Assembly (NCBI GenBank): GCA_034670305.1
Contig: JAXMNT010000010.1
Coordinates: forward strand, 64,001 to 128,000
Length of the DNA stretch: 64,000 nt
From: Deltaproteobacteria bacterium
GTDB lineage: Bacteria > Myxococcota_A > Polyangia > Polyangiales > Houyiibacteriaceae
Direction: 5' to 3'
The notes below the pieces were generated by a model, which ran no database searches, was not told the DNA's origin, and worked only from the letters and a program-made list of their open reading frames with translations. Position 1 is the stretch's first letter; each line of letters opens with the position of its first letter. Position numbers and translations under genes: made by a program. Positions 1 through 9,386 of the stretch are shown here, one piece after another.

Positions 1-2984
1 ACGCGATCGTCGGTGCAGAAGTTGTAGGCGACCGGCGCGTAGCGCGGGGTGGCCCCACCGGCGGCGAGCTGGGCGGCGTCGGCGTCGAAGTTGCTGCAGA
101 TGTTGCCGAAGGCGGCACCGTTCGGGTGGGCGCCACAGGTCTGGGTCAGACCGGCGTCGCGGTTCGCCTGAACGAGGTCCGCCGACATGCTGCCACTGGC
201 CGAGAAGGGACACTCCGCGTCGGTGTTGCAGGTCTCACCACCCTGGTACCACTTGGCCCAGATGCGGGGGGTGTTCTCCGGGTTGATGTCGTCGATGCTG
301 GTGAGCGCGGCGTTGTCGTAGACCTCGACGAGCTGACCGTAGGCGAAGGAGATGGCCGCGTCGTCGTAACGACCGGTGCCCTGGCTTCCGCCACCGACAC
401 GCTCGTACCACTGCGCGGTGTAGTCCATCGTGGACGTGTCCATGTAGCGGTCGATGCCGGCGAGTTCGCGGCGTTCCTTGGCCGCGTCGTACTCACGCTG
501 GAAGTTCTGCTGCTCGTCCGGGTTGAGGCCGTTCGTGCCGTCCAGGTCGAAGTCGGCCGGGTCGGGGATCGGGATGGCCCGGTCGATCATGTAGTAGTTG
601 TCGTCGTAGTTCGCGCGGTCCGTGCTCGCGGCGAAGCTGTGACGAAGGCCAAGGCAGTGACCGAGCTCGTGGAGCTGCGTCTGGTAGTAGAGCAGCTGGT
701 TGAGGACGATCTCGAGACGGGCGCGGGGCCAGTCGCGGTGGCGCTGCACGAAGTCGAGCACGGAGTTGTCCGTGAACTCGTTCGGCATCATCACGTTGGC
801 TTCGCCGATCTTCTGTTCCACTTCGTTCTGGTAACGAAGCAGGTCGAAGGCGCTGTTGCGGAACGGGGAGACCCGGTCGAGCATGCCTTCGTTGATGTCG
901 CCCGGGCCGTAGCCTTCGGGCAGACGATCGATGCCGGCCATCATGAGCGTCTCGTGGTTTTCCATGAGACGACGCTCGATGTCGGTGCCCGCGAGGGTCG
1001 CGAGACGGTCGCTGAAGATGTTCGCGCGGCCTTCGGCGCCCTCGAGGCGCTCCGCTCGGCCGACGAACGCTTCCATGCGACGGTCGATCATGCTGCGGTC
1101 GATGAGGTCCGGGCGCGCGCTGGCGACCGAGAAGTCCTCGCGAGGCGGGAACGGGTTCTGGACGTTGCCGAGGTTCTCGAGGTAGCCGCGAACGTCTTCA
1201 CCGATGAGGAACTCGCGGTCCGTGACCGTGTCGTTGATGAGGTCGTACGCCTGGAGCGCCGAGGTGCGGTAGCCATCGAGGGCCGGTCCGCCGATGTTGG
1301 CGTCGCCCGTGATGATCTCGCCCGTGACGGGGTCGCCACGCAGGGTGGCCACACCGAGGAAGCCGGTGCCGGGCTGGTCGACGTAGCTGAGGAACTTGTA
1401 GCGGGCGTCGCCACGCTCCTGGCAGTTGAGGACCTCGTCGTCGCCGGCCGCCGCGAGAGACGCGCGGTTGCAGGTGTTGATGCGAAGTTCGACGACACAC
1501 TCGTCACCGAGCATCTCCGAACCGAACCAGCCCATGAAGTCGCCGTCGCTCAGGTCCGGCTTGTTGATGTCGGGCTGCGCGCCTTCCGGAACCTGCACGT
1601 GGCACTGGTACGGGTTGGCGACGCCAGCGGCGGCCGCGGCTTCAGGCGTGCTGAAGGGGTCGTATCCACCGTGGCAGGTCGGGTTGAGGACGTCGCCGGT
1701 GGCGCTGTCCCGAATGCAGAAGCAGTAGCCGTCCGGGTCGGCTTCCTGACAGGAGACGTCGGGGAAGCTCGGAAGCTCCTGGCCACGCAAGCTGCGGACC
1801 GTCCGCATGTAGACTTCGTTCCAGCGGCTGATGAGGTCGAAGCTCGGCTGCACGAGGTGCGCCGGAAGTTCGGGGGTCGTGAGCCAGACGCTCTTGCGGA
1901 CGCGACGCTCGGCGTACGGGACCGGCGTGCCGTCCTCGGTGATCCAGTCCTGCCAGATGTTCTGACGGTTCGCGCCGTAGTTCATGAAGTCGGTGCGGCC
2001 CCAGCTCGGGTCCTCGGCCGACGTGGAGCGGTCGAAGGTGTTGCGCTCGAGGCGGAAGTAGCCGTGGCGGTCGAAGCGGGTGTCGTTCCAGTTGACGGCC
2101 TGGTACTGGCGGCGCGGCGAGATCTTGAGGAACGAGTTCCGGATGTAGGCGGCGGTGGTCACACACGCGGGTGCGTCGCCGTAGGGCGACACACACCAGT
2201 TGACCGGCCGGCCGCTGAACGGATCCGGCACGTTGCCCGGGGAGAGGAGCTCCTGGGTGACGAAGCTGAAGTGGTAGAGTTCGCCCTGCTCGTAGTCGCC
2301 CGCGTAGTCGCGCTCGTTCGGGTCGCAGGTCTCGGACTCGTCCTCGAGACCCTGGCACTGCATGAACTGGAACTGGGGGCGCCAGCTGTCGGGGAACTCC
2401 GAGGAACCCTGCACGAAGAGGTCGGCCGGCTCGCGGTTGTAGAAGCCGATCACTTCGTACAGGTTCGCGATCTGACCGTAGTAGCCGGGCAGGTTGTTCT
2501 TGGACCAGTCGACCCGCATGTACTGGCGCTCGTACCAGCGGCGGTCGGTGGTCTGCTCGACGACGACGTTCCGCTCTTCGCCCGTCTGCGCGTTGTAATC
2601 GCGGCGGATGTCGAAGTGGGAGTCGATGCCGAAGGCTGCGACCGGGTGGCCGAGCTGCTCGCCCGCCTCCGAGTCGCGGTTGATGCCCTCGATGATCTCG
2701 TAGTCGCGGAATGCGTAGAGCATGTCCGCGTCGATCACCCAGCGAATGCGGGGCATGACGCCGAGGTCGCTGCCGACGAAGTCGATGGCTGCGTCACCCG
2801 GGTAGGTGCCGATGCCAGCGGCCTCGTAGTCCACGTCGATGACGACGCGGGAGTAGTACCAGGAGCCCGTGAACAGACCCTTGTCGACGACGTTGACGCC
2901 GACGCGGTTGACCGCGGTGGGGTCGTCGCACGCGCTGGTGAGCAACAACGCGAGAAGGGTGATCGGGAGGAGCGAGCGCTTCAT
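1..2984 (-). CDS. Large zinc-dependent metalloprotease (metzincin) lipoprotein; 3' end lies beyond the window edge
   Basis: Read manually on the minus strand. ATG at 2984 follows a GGAGG. N-terminus MKRSLLPITLLALLLTSAC has a lipobox. In-frame HELGHCLGLRH (HExxHxxGxxH) lies at 639-671, followed by a STMDY Met-turn. Absent from the ORF track because it has no stop in the window. Confidence 0.9.
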   Translation of the reverse strand, partial: MKRSLLPITLLALLLTSACDDPTAVNRVGVNVVDKGLFTGSWYYSRVVIDVDYEAAGIGTYPGDAAIDFVGSDLGVMPRIRWVIDADMLYAFRDYEIIEGINRDSEAGEQLGHPVAAFGIDSHFDIRRDYNAQTGEERNVVVEQTTDRRWYERQYMRVDWSKNNLPGYYGQIANLYEVIGFYNREPADLFVQGSSEFPDSWRPQFQFMQCQGLEDESETCDPNERDYAGDYEQGELYHFSFVTQELLSPGNVPDPFSGRPVNWCVSPYGDAPACVTTAAYIRNSFLKISPRRQYQAVNWNDTRFDRHGYFRLERNTFDRSTSAEDPSWGRTDFMNYGANRQNIWQDWITEDGTPVPYAERRVRKSVWLTTPELPAHLVQPSFDLISRWNEVYMRTVRSLRGQELPSFPDVSCQEADPDGYCFCIRDSATGDVLNPTCHGGYDPFSTPEAAAAAGVANPYQCHVQVPEGAQPDINKPDLSDGDFMGWFGSEMLGDECVVELRINTCNRASLAAAGDDEVLNCQERGDARYKFLSYVDQPGTGFLGVATLRGDPVTGEIITGDANIGGPALDGYRTSALQAYDLINDTVTDREFLIGEDVRGYLENLGNVQNPFPPREDFSVASARPDLIDRSMIDRRMEAFVGRAERLEGAEGRANIFSDRLATLAGTDIERRLMENHETLMMAGIDRLPEGYGPGDINEGMLDRVSPFRNSAFDLLRYQNEVEQKIGEANVMMPNEFTDNSVLDFVQRHRDWPRARLEIVLNQLLYYQTQLHELGHCLGLRHSFAASTDRANYDDNYYMIDRAIPIPDPADFDLDGTNGLNPDEQQNFQREYDAAKERRELAGIDRYMDTSTMDYTAQWYERVGGGSQGTGRYDDAAISFAYGQLVEVYDNAALTSIDDINPENTPRIWAKWYQGGETCNTDAECPFSASGSMSADLVQANRDAGLTQTCGAHPNGAAFGNICSNFDADAAQLAAGGATPRYAPVAYNFCTDDR

Positions 2985-3096
2985 CAAAAAGGCCTCCGGG
3001 ACACGGGTCCCAAAAATCAGGCGGAACAAATCGAAAGCAGGGCGCGTCAGAAGACGCACGATGAGAGGCGGGTGGATACCGCCCGGGGCCGTATAT

Positions 3097-3112
3097 CGCA
3101 ACCCGCGTGCCA
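3097..3112 (-). promoter_or_regulatory. sigma54 (-24/-12) promoter for the metalloprotease
   Basis: Minus strand TGGCAC-GCGGG-TTGCG closely matches TGGCAC-N5-TTGC, about 110 nt upstream of the ATG. Confidence 0.7.
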
Positions 3113-3312
3113 GGTAGGGTGTGACCGATCGCAAGGCTGCGAGATGACGCCGTTTTTTCCGAACGGGCCCACATGTACGCGGCAGGTCGTTCGCGACAGT
3201 TTGTCTCGCGCAGCGAAGATCGCGTCGGATCACCCGCGGATCCCGGCGTCAGTTCTCTGACGATCGGTAAAAACGCGGGAAAGTCGGCCTGTGGGTGCTA
3301 GCGTCCCGCCGC

Positions 3313-4023
3313 ATGCGCGAAGTCGAATTGGGTGGGCTGAAGGTCCGGTTGGTCGGTGGTGAGGACCGCGAGGGCGGCGGGGATGGACCGCTCGTCGTGC
3401 TCTTTCACGGATTCGGAGCGCCGGGGACCGACCTGGTCGCCCTGCATCGTGTGATGGATGTCACACGCAGAACCCGGTACGCGTTCCCCGAGGCCCCGAA
3501 CGACCTCGGTCCTGCCTATGGACATGGCCGCGCATGGTGGCTGCTGGACGCGGCGAAGCTCCAGCAGGCCATGATGACCGGGGTGCCGCGTGACCTGCGC
3601 GACGAGGATCCCGAAGCGCTTGGGCCACTCCGGGATCAGGTGACGGAGATGCTGGATGGCCTGACGGCAGAGCTCGGTCCGAGTCACCTGGTGCTCGGTG
3701 GATTCTCCCAGGGCGCCATGCTCGCCACCGAGATGACCTTGAGCACGCCGCGGAAGATCGATGGTCTCGTCTTGTGGAGTGGCGCCTACCTCGCCGGTCC
3801 CCGCTGGACCGCGGCGATGCCGGGCCGAGTGGCGGACCTGCCCGTGTATCAGAGCCACGGCAACATGGACCCGCTCCTCTCCTTCGAAGGCGCCGGCGCA
3901 CTGCGCGACGCCCTGTCGGCGGCGGGCGCAAAGATCACGTTCCAAGAGTTCCGCGGCGCCCACGAGATCCCGAGCCAGGTCATCGACGGAACCAGCGCGA
4001 TGCTCGAGTCCATCTTCGACTGA
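3313..4023 (+). CDS. Phospholipase/carboxylesterase (alpha/beta hydrolase)
   Basis: FHGFGA oxyanion region, GFSQG nucleophile motif, HGNMD and GAHEI catalytic Asp/His. Confidence 0.9.
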   Translation: MREVELGGLKVRLVGGEDREGGGDGPLVVLFHGFGAPGTDLVALHRVMDVTRRTRYAFPEAPNDLGPAYGHGRAWWLLDAAKLQQAMMTGVPRDLRDEDPEALGPLRDQVTEMLDGLTAELGPSHLVLGGFSQGAMLATEMTLSTPRKIDGLVLWSGAYLAGPRWTAAMPGRVADLPVYQSHGNMDPLLSFEGAGALRDALSAAGAKITFQEFRGAHEIPSQVIDGTSAMLESIFD

Positions 4024-4045
4024 CCCCAATCTCAACGTGAAGGTG

Positions 4046-4388
4046 CCCAGGTGGGGAGGAGGCCGCAGGCCGGGAGGGGGAACGCTTCCCCCTCAGAAAC
4101 AACGGACGCCGAATTAGGGCCGCCAGTCCCGCGAAGCGGGCCAGGCCACGCCCAGCGCCAGCGAGTCAGGCATTTCCACCCGTGCACCTGCGCAGCCCGC
4201 AGGGCGAGCAACTGGTGCACTCCCCAAGTGCGTCGCAGAGCGCCTCAAGGAGCGCGTGGACGCGCGCAGCCGCCAGATGCTCCAAGTGCTCTTCAACTGT
4301 ACTCGGAGAGCATGGGCGGCGAGCACGTGCACGCAGCGACGGGCGCGAATTAGGGCCGCCAGTCCCGCGAAGCGGGCCAGGCCCGTAG
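4046..4388 (+). repeat. Structured dispersed repeat, locus 1 (small hairpin element plus one full 236-bp unit and a partial unit)
   Basis: GAATTAGGGCCGCCAGT recurs at 4111 and 4347 (period 236). Near-identical to 48204-48761. Contains several stem-loops and lies between convergent genes. Confidence 0.9.
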
Positions 4389-4396
4389 TGGATCAA

Positions 4397-5644
4397 CTAG
4401 AGCCCTCGGCGGAGCGACCAGAGCAGCGGTAGGTAGAGCAGGCTCAGCACGGTGGCGGCTGCGAACACTGGGACGATGCCGTGGTGGTCGCCCACCAGTC
4501 CTGCGACCGGACCCGTGGGCATCTTGCCGAAGACCTCGATGCTCGCCAGCACGGTGAAGTGGGTCGCGCCGACCCGCCGATCGACCTTGGACATCATGAA
4601 CGCGAACATGACGGTGGTGAGTGCCCCACCGAAGAACGCTTCTGCACACGTGACCGCGATGATGGCGGCATCGCTCGGGTCGCCGGCGACCGCGAGCGCC
4701 CACTGCGCGCCGTGGGGCACCACGCGCAAACACGCGGTGAGCGCCAGCGCATGCAAAAGGCGGAGCCGCAGGGCGAGCAGCCCACCGACCACGCTGCCGA
4801 AGAGCGAGCAGCCCATACCCCAGGTGCCGAGCCAGAGCCCCAGCGTCTCCGGCGTGCGGCCTTGGTCGACGAGGTAGGGACCCCACACCGAGTCGGCCAT
4901 CTTCTCGCCGATCTTGTAGGTTGCCACGACGACCGCGAGCGCCCACGTGTCCCGGCCGAAGACGGCTTTGCGCAGCAGCGTCCAGAACGGGGTCTCCGGT
5001 GCGTCGGGATCGGACTCGGCGGGAGGGCGCGCTTCTGGCTCTCGCTGGGTCCACGAGATGCCGAACGCCAGCAAGGTCAGCCCGGACATGCTGGCGAAGA
5101 GCCCCGGCCACCCGATCCACTTGCTCGCCCAGACGAGCAGCCCGCCCCCGAGCAACATGCCGATCTTGAAGCCGACGACCTGCGCGGTGTTGCCGAGCCC
5201 GAGGTGTCGGCGGTCCAGCAGATCCACCGCGAGACCGTCCACTGCGACATCCAGTGTGGCGGCGACGAGGTTGGCGGAGAACACGAGCCCGAGCAGCAGG
5301 CCGAGCGTGCGATCCGGCGATGCGAACGCGGCGCAGGCGCACACGGCAGCGAGCAGGAGCTGCATCGGCAGGATCCAAGATCGACGGCGTCCCCACCGAG
5401 GGCAGTGGTGGCGATCGACCACCGGCGCCCAGAGCACCTTGAACAGCCATGGCAGCGCGAGCAGATCGAGCAGCGCGATCTCGGTGAGGCTGACTCCGCT
5501 TGCGCGAAGGTAGGCGGGCAGCGCGGTGGCCTGAAATCCGAACGGCAGTCCCTGCACCACGTAGAGTGACGCGAGCCAGCCGAGGTGGGTCCATCGCAGC
5601 GGCCGCTCGGGTGGGTCTTCGATGTCCTCCCCGCTCCGGGTCAC
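4397..5644 (-). CDS. AmpG-like MFS permease
   Basis: LYVVQGLPFG, LPWLFKVLWAPVVD, GRRRSWI and ATLDVAVDG motifs of the AmpG/acetyl-CoA transporter family. GTG start overlaps the upstream stop (GTGA). Confidence 0.85.
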   Translation of the reverse strand: MTRSGEDIEDPPERPLRWTHLGWLASLYVVQGLPFGFQATALPAYLRASGVSLTEIALLDLLALPWLFKVLWAPVVDRHHCPRWGRRRSWILPMQLLLAAVCACAAFASPDRTLGLLLGLVFSANLVAATLDVAVDGLAVDLLDRRHLGLGNTAQVVGFKIGMLLGGGLLVWASKWIGWPGLFASMSGLTLLAFGISWTQREPEARPPAESDPDAPETPFWTLLRKAVFGRDTWALAVVVATYKIGEKMADSVWGPYLVDQGRTPETLGLWLGTWGMGCSLFGSVVGGLLALRLRLLHALALTACLRVVPHGAQWALAVAGDPSDAAIIAVTCAEAFFGGALTTVMFAFMMSKVDRRVGATHFTVLASIEVFGKMPTGPVAGLVGDHHGIVPVFAAATVLSLLYLPLLWSLRRGL

Positions 5645-6984
5645 GACGAGGCTTCGACCGCGCGCACCGCGACTTCCGCGGCCTGCAGTGCGCCTTCCAA
5701 GTAGCCGGTGTACTCGGTCGCCTGCTCGGTTCCCGCGAAGTGGATCCGTGGCTCTGGTGCGCCGGCCAAGAGCCCCATCGCGCCGCTTCGACCCGCCGAG
5801 TTTGGCAGCAGTCCCACCGGGCACCCTCCGGTGAACGGTTCGGCGGCCCATGCTTGGGTGGTCATCTCGGTCGGGCGCGCGGCGTGCGGACCGAAGGCGC
5901 GCACGAGCGGGTCGAGCACCGCGCCCTCGGCAACCCGTGGCGCCATCGCGGCCAACCGCACCGCCGGCTCGCCCACCACAAACGCGACCAACGCGGGCTG
6001 CTGCAAGTCGTGGCTGCTCGCATCGAACGCGACGCTGACGATTCCGTCGGAGACGAGCTCGCCCGACAGACCGGCGTCGCGCCAGAACGCGCGCTCGTAG
6101 GTCAACAGAACTTTCGTGGTCGCACCCATTGCATAGTCGCGCAGCCGCTCCGCACGCGCGGACTGCAGCGGCGGGTCGAAGACGAGGGATTGCAGGGGGC
6201 GGGGTGGGAGCGCGACAACCACCTGATCGCAGGGGTACGCGACGTCATCGGTGCGCACGGTGATTCCGGAATCGCTGCGTTCGATCCGCCGCACCGCCGC
6301 CCCGAACCGAACGTCGAGGGCGTCTGCCAAACGATCGCTGAGCCCCTGGGCGCCACAAACGAACCGCGTCTGCTGCGCGCCACCCCGCGCTTCGGCGAGC
6401 GAGAGCAACCCTTCCCCCGCGTTCAGGTACGCGAGCCAGTAGAGCAGCCCCACGTCTTCGGGCTCGGCACCGAAGATGGTTCGGAACGCGGCGTCGAACA
6501 CGCCGCGCACCGAGTCGGGCACCCGGCCGCTCAGCGAGGCGACACTCGCCGCATCCATCCTTCGCTCGAGCCGGTTCAGCTCCGTGCGCAGCCCTTCGAA
6601 CGACACCTGCTGGCGCCAAAGATCCACCGCCGAGAGCAAGAGCTGCATGAACGCGAGGTCGGTGATCCGCAGCGAGGGGATCTCCCCGGCGTACTCGCTC
6701 CGCTGCGGATCTTTCCCGCCGCCCAGCAACAAGACTTTCCGACCATCGACGTGTTGTTCGAAGGTGTCGAGTCCGAGTTCACGGACCAGCGCGTGCATCC
6801 GCTTCTGGCGGGGTCCGATCCATTGGCCGCCGAGATCGAAGACGCCCCGGCCGATGGTTCGAGTGAGGGTCCTGCCGCCCACGCGGTCCCGCGCTTCGAG
6901 CACGACGACGTCGTGGCCCGCGCGCTGCAACGACCGGGCGGACGCCAGCCCCGACAGACCCGCACCCACCACCACCACCTTCAC
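5641..6984 (-). CDS. Flavin monoamine oxidase family protein
   Basis: VVVGAGLSGL Rossmann motif, LEARDRVGGR, DLGGQWIG and C-terminal HFAGTE...GYLEGAL. GGAGG precedes the GTG at 6984. Confidence 0.9.
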   Translation of the reverse strand: MKVVVVGAGLSGLASARSLQRAGHDVVVLEARDRVGGRTLTRTIGRGVFDLGGQWIGPRQKRMHALVRELGLDTFEQHVDGRKVLLLGGGKDPQRSEYAGEIPSLRITDLAFMQLLLSAVDLWRQQVSFEGLRTELNRLERRMDAASVASLSGRVPDSVRGVFDAAFRTIFGAEPEDVGLLYWLAYLNAGEGLLSLAEARGGAQQTRFVCGAQGLSDRLADALDVRFGAAVRRIERSDSGITVRTDDVAYPCDQVVVALPPRPLQSLVFDPPLQSARAERLRDYAMGATTKVLLTYERAFWRDAGLSGELVSDGIVSVAFDASSHDLQQPALVAFVVGEPAVRLAAMAPRVAEGAVLDPLVRAFGPHAARPTEMTTQAWAAEPFTGGCPVGLLPNSAGRSGAMGLLAGAPEPRIHFAGTEQATEYTGYLEGALQAAEVAVRAVEASS

Positions 6985-7149
6985 GACGTCGGCCTCCCGA
7001 AGGTCCGCCCACCCACGCACGCGTGGTGTGGGGACCGCTTGGCGTCCATGAACATGCCCGCTTCGTCCATGGGCGCACGATGCCAGAAACGCACGGCCGC
7101 CGCCTGAGGTCGATTGCTGGCGCCGACTGCGGGACGCTATTCTGGTGGC

Positions 7150-8136
7150 ATGGCCGACTCTCCCGACCCTCCGCCGAGCCGGCCGACCCACCGGCCCTCC
7201 CTGCGGGAGCTGGAAGCCGCGCGAGCGCGCATCGACGGTCGGGCCCACCGCACGCCGGTGCTGACCTCCAGCACACTGGACCGCCTCTCCATGGCCACGC
7301 TCTTCTTCAAGTGCGAGAACTTCCAGCGAGGCGGCGCGTTCAAGTTCCGGGGCGCGTGCAACGCCGTGTTCGGTCTCAGCGACGAAGACGCCGCCCGCGG
7401 GGTCGCGACGCACTCGTCGGGGAACCACGGCCAAGCGCTCGCGCTCGCGGCACGCATGCGTGGGGTGAACGCGCACATCGTCATGCCGGAGAACGCGCCC
7501 GCGGCCAAACGCGCGGCGGTGCTCGAGTACGGCGGTCAGATCACCGAGTGCGCGCCAACACTGGAAGCGCGGGAGACGACGCTCGCCACGGTGGTCGCGC
7601 AAACCGGCGCCACGTTCGTGCATCCGTACGACGACACCCGCATCGTGGCCGGTCAGAGCACCGCCACCCGCGAGCTCCTCGAAGACGTGGCCGACCTCGA
7701 CCGCATCGTCGCGCCGGTCGGAGGCGGTGGCTTGCTCTCCGGTGCGGTGCTGAGCGCGCACCATTTCGGGCGGGGCGTGCTCGTCAGTGGCGCCGAGCCC
7801 AAGCTGGCCGACGACGCGCGGCGAGGTCTGAAACGCGGCGAGCGGCTGACGCCGAAACCACCCAAGACGATCGCCGATGGCCTGCGCACCGCGCTCAGTC
7901 CGCTGACGTTCGGCATCCTGCGTGCTGCGGACACGGCGATCGACGTGGTCTCCGAAGCGCAGATCGTCGATGCGACCCGGCTCGTCTGGGAACGCATGAA
8001 GATCGTGATCGAGCCCTCTGCGGCCGTGGCGATCGCGGTGGCGCTCACGACCGCATTTGCGGGCGAACGGGTCGGGATTCTCGTGTCGGGCGGCAACCTC
8101 GACCTCGACATACTTCCGTGGCAGCGCCCCGCGTGA
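7150..8136 (+). CDS. PLP-dependent serine/threonine dehydratase / serine racemase family
   Basis: KCENFQRGGAFKFRGA (PLP lysine), HSSGNHG, PVGGGGLLSG, EPSAA, SGGN. Confidence 0.92.
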   Translation: MADSPDPPPSRPTHRPSLRELEAARARIDGRAHRTPVLTSSTLDRLSMATLFFKCENFQRGGAFKFRGACNAVFGLSDEDAARGVATHSSGNHGQALALAARMRGVNAHIVMPENAPAAKRAAVLEYGGQITECAPTLEARETTLATVVAQTGATFVHPYDDTRIVAGQSTATRELLEDVADLDRIVAPVGGGGLLSGAVLSAHHFGRGVLVSGAEPKLADDARRGLKRGERLTPKPPKTIADGLRTALSPLTFGILRAADTAIDVVSEAQIVDATRLVWERMKIVIEPSAAVAIAVALTTAFAGERVGILVSGGNLDLDILPWQRPA

Positions 8137-8152
8137 TAGGCCGAAGACACCG

Positions 8153-8557
8153 ATGGACTACGACTACGGCTCACCGCACCAGAGTTACGACGGCCGGCCG
8201 ACGGAGCTGACGAACTTCGACAAGCTCGCCGTGAGCGTCTCTTGGTTCGGGGCGATCATCTTGATCGGGCTGCACTTCACGTTGGTGCCCACCTTTCGCA
8301 CCATGTACACCGGGCTCGACGATCTCGTGCCCGGCCTGACCAGGTTCGTGATGAACAAGGGCTTCGGCGTGTCGCTCGCGATGTTGATGACGTTCCTCGC
8401 CTACTACGGCGCCCGGATGCGGAAGCTCTACGACAACAAGCTCGCGTCGAACCTGCTCTTGCTCGCGATGCTCACCTCGCTCATCGCAAACGGCGCGCTC
8501 ATCTACGCGCTCTACTCACCGGCCGGCGCCAGCCTGAACTACCTCCGCGGCGGCTGA
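8153..8557 (+). CDS. Small membrane protein, unknown function
   Basis: About three hydrophobic segments. Typical codon usage from the ATG at 8153. Confidence 0.7.
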   Translation: MDYDYGSPHQSYDGRPTELTNFDKLAVSVSWFGAIILIGLHFTLVPTFRTMYTGLDDLVPGLTRFVMNKGFGVSLAMLMTFLAYYGARMRKLYDNKLASNLLLLAMLTSLIANGALIYALYSPAGASLNYLRGG

Positions 8558-8598
8558 CTCGCTCGGCGACTCGGCGGGCGCTGACTCGCTCGCCCCAA

Positions 8599-8631
8599 GG
8601 GCAAGGGCAGGGGCAAGGGCAGGGGCAAGGG
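8599..8631 (+). repeat. (GGGCAA/GGGCAG)n tract, G-quadruplex-type motif
   Basis: Six G3-4 tracts with 2-3 nt loops, between convergent stop codons. Confidence 0.75.
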
Positions 8632-8650
8632 AGCAGGCGCTTGCGCCCTG

Positions 8651-9343
8651 CTAGTTCCCGATGCGGGTGATGCGGATCGGGGCTTGGCGCATGCGGCGGC
8701 GGCGGCGGCGCATCGTGGGCGGGGCTTCGACTTCGAAGTTCTGGGCGAGCACGAAGAGGTCGTCGTTGCCCTGGAACTGGAAGGTCGTGCTCGGGTTGGC
8801 CGGACGCATGCGCATGTTGGCCGAGGTGTCGAGCTGCATGCGGAAGACGCGGGGCGCGTTGCTGGTCATCTGGACGATGTGCGCGATGCCCGCGGAGTTG
8901 GTGCGGGCGACTTCTTCACCATCGATCTTCACAGGGAGGCCTTCGTGTCCGTTCGTGTGGACCACGAACGCGACGGTGCGCTCGGCCGGCGGGCAGTCGA
9001 GTTTCATGTGCAGTCCGATGCGGGCGTCTTCGGTGAGCGCGCGGAACGAATGCAAACGCAGCATCTTCGGGGCGTCGGGCTGAAGGTGTCCGGTCGGACA
9101 CTCGTAGGTGATCTCGACCCCCACGCCTTCGGGTCCGCGCAATGTCGTCTGAACCAACCCATCGTCGTCGGAGAGACCGACCTCGTTGCCGTTCGCGCGA
9201 ACCATCACCCCACCGAGCGCGACGCCTTCGTCGGCTTCGGCCGCGAAGGTCACGGAGAAGCTGGGAAGTTCATCCGCCCGCTGCGAACCGCCACAGGCGA
9301 GCGCGGGGACAAGGAGGAAGACAGAGACGAGAGAACGGTTCAT
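8651..9343 (-). CDS. Lipoprotein of unknown function at the distal end of the Tad locus
   Basis: Lipobox ALAC, beta-rich body, Arg/Met-rich C-terminal tail. Confidence 0.75.
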   Translation of the reverse strand: MNRSLVSVFLLVPALACGGSQRADELPSFSVTFAAEADEGVALGGVMVRANGNEVGLSDDDGLVQTTLRGPEGVGVEITYECPTGHLQPDAPKMLRLHSFRALTEDARIGLHMKLDCPPAERTVAFVVHTNGHEGLPVKIDGEEVARTNSAGIAHIVQMTSNAPRVFRMQLDTSANMRMRPANPSTTFQFQGNDDLFVLAQNFEVEAPPTMRRRRRRMRQAPIRITRIGN

Positions 9344-9386
9344 CCCGACAAGAATGCCGAAGATCGTCCAAGGCCGCCAGTCTCCC

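Noticed and set aside
126-3260. 1044-aa plus-strand ORF
   Set aside because: Antisense shadow of the minus-strand metalloprotease. It is V/G/R-rich with no motifs.
4051-4353. ~100-aa ORF nearly identical to 48436-48726
   Set aside because: Lies inside the structured repeat. The differences I checked preserve base pairing, and there is no credible start signal.
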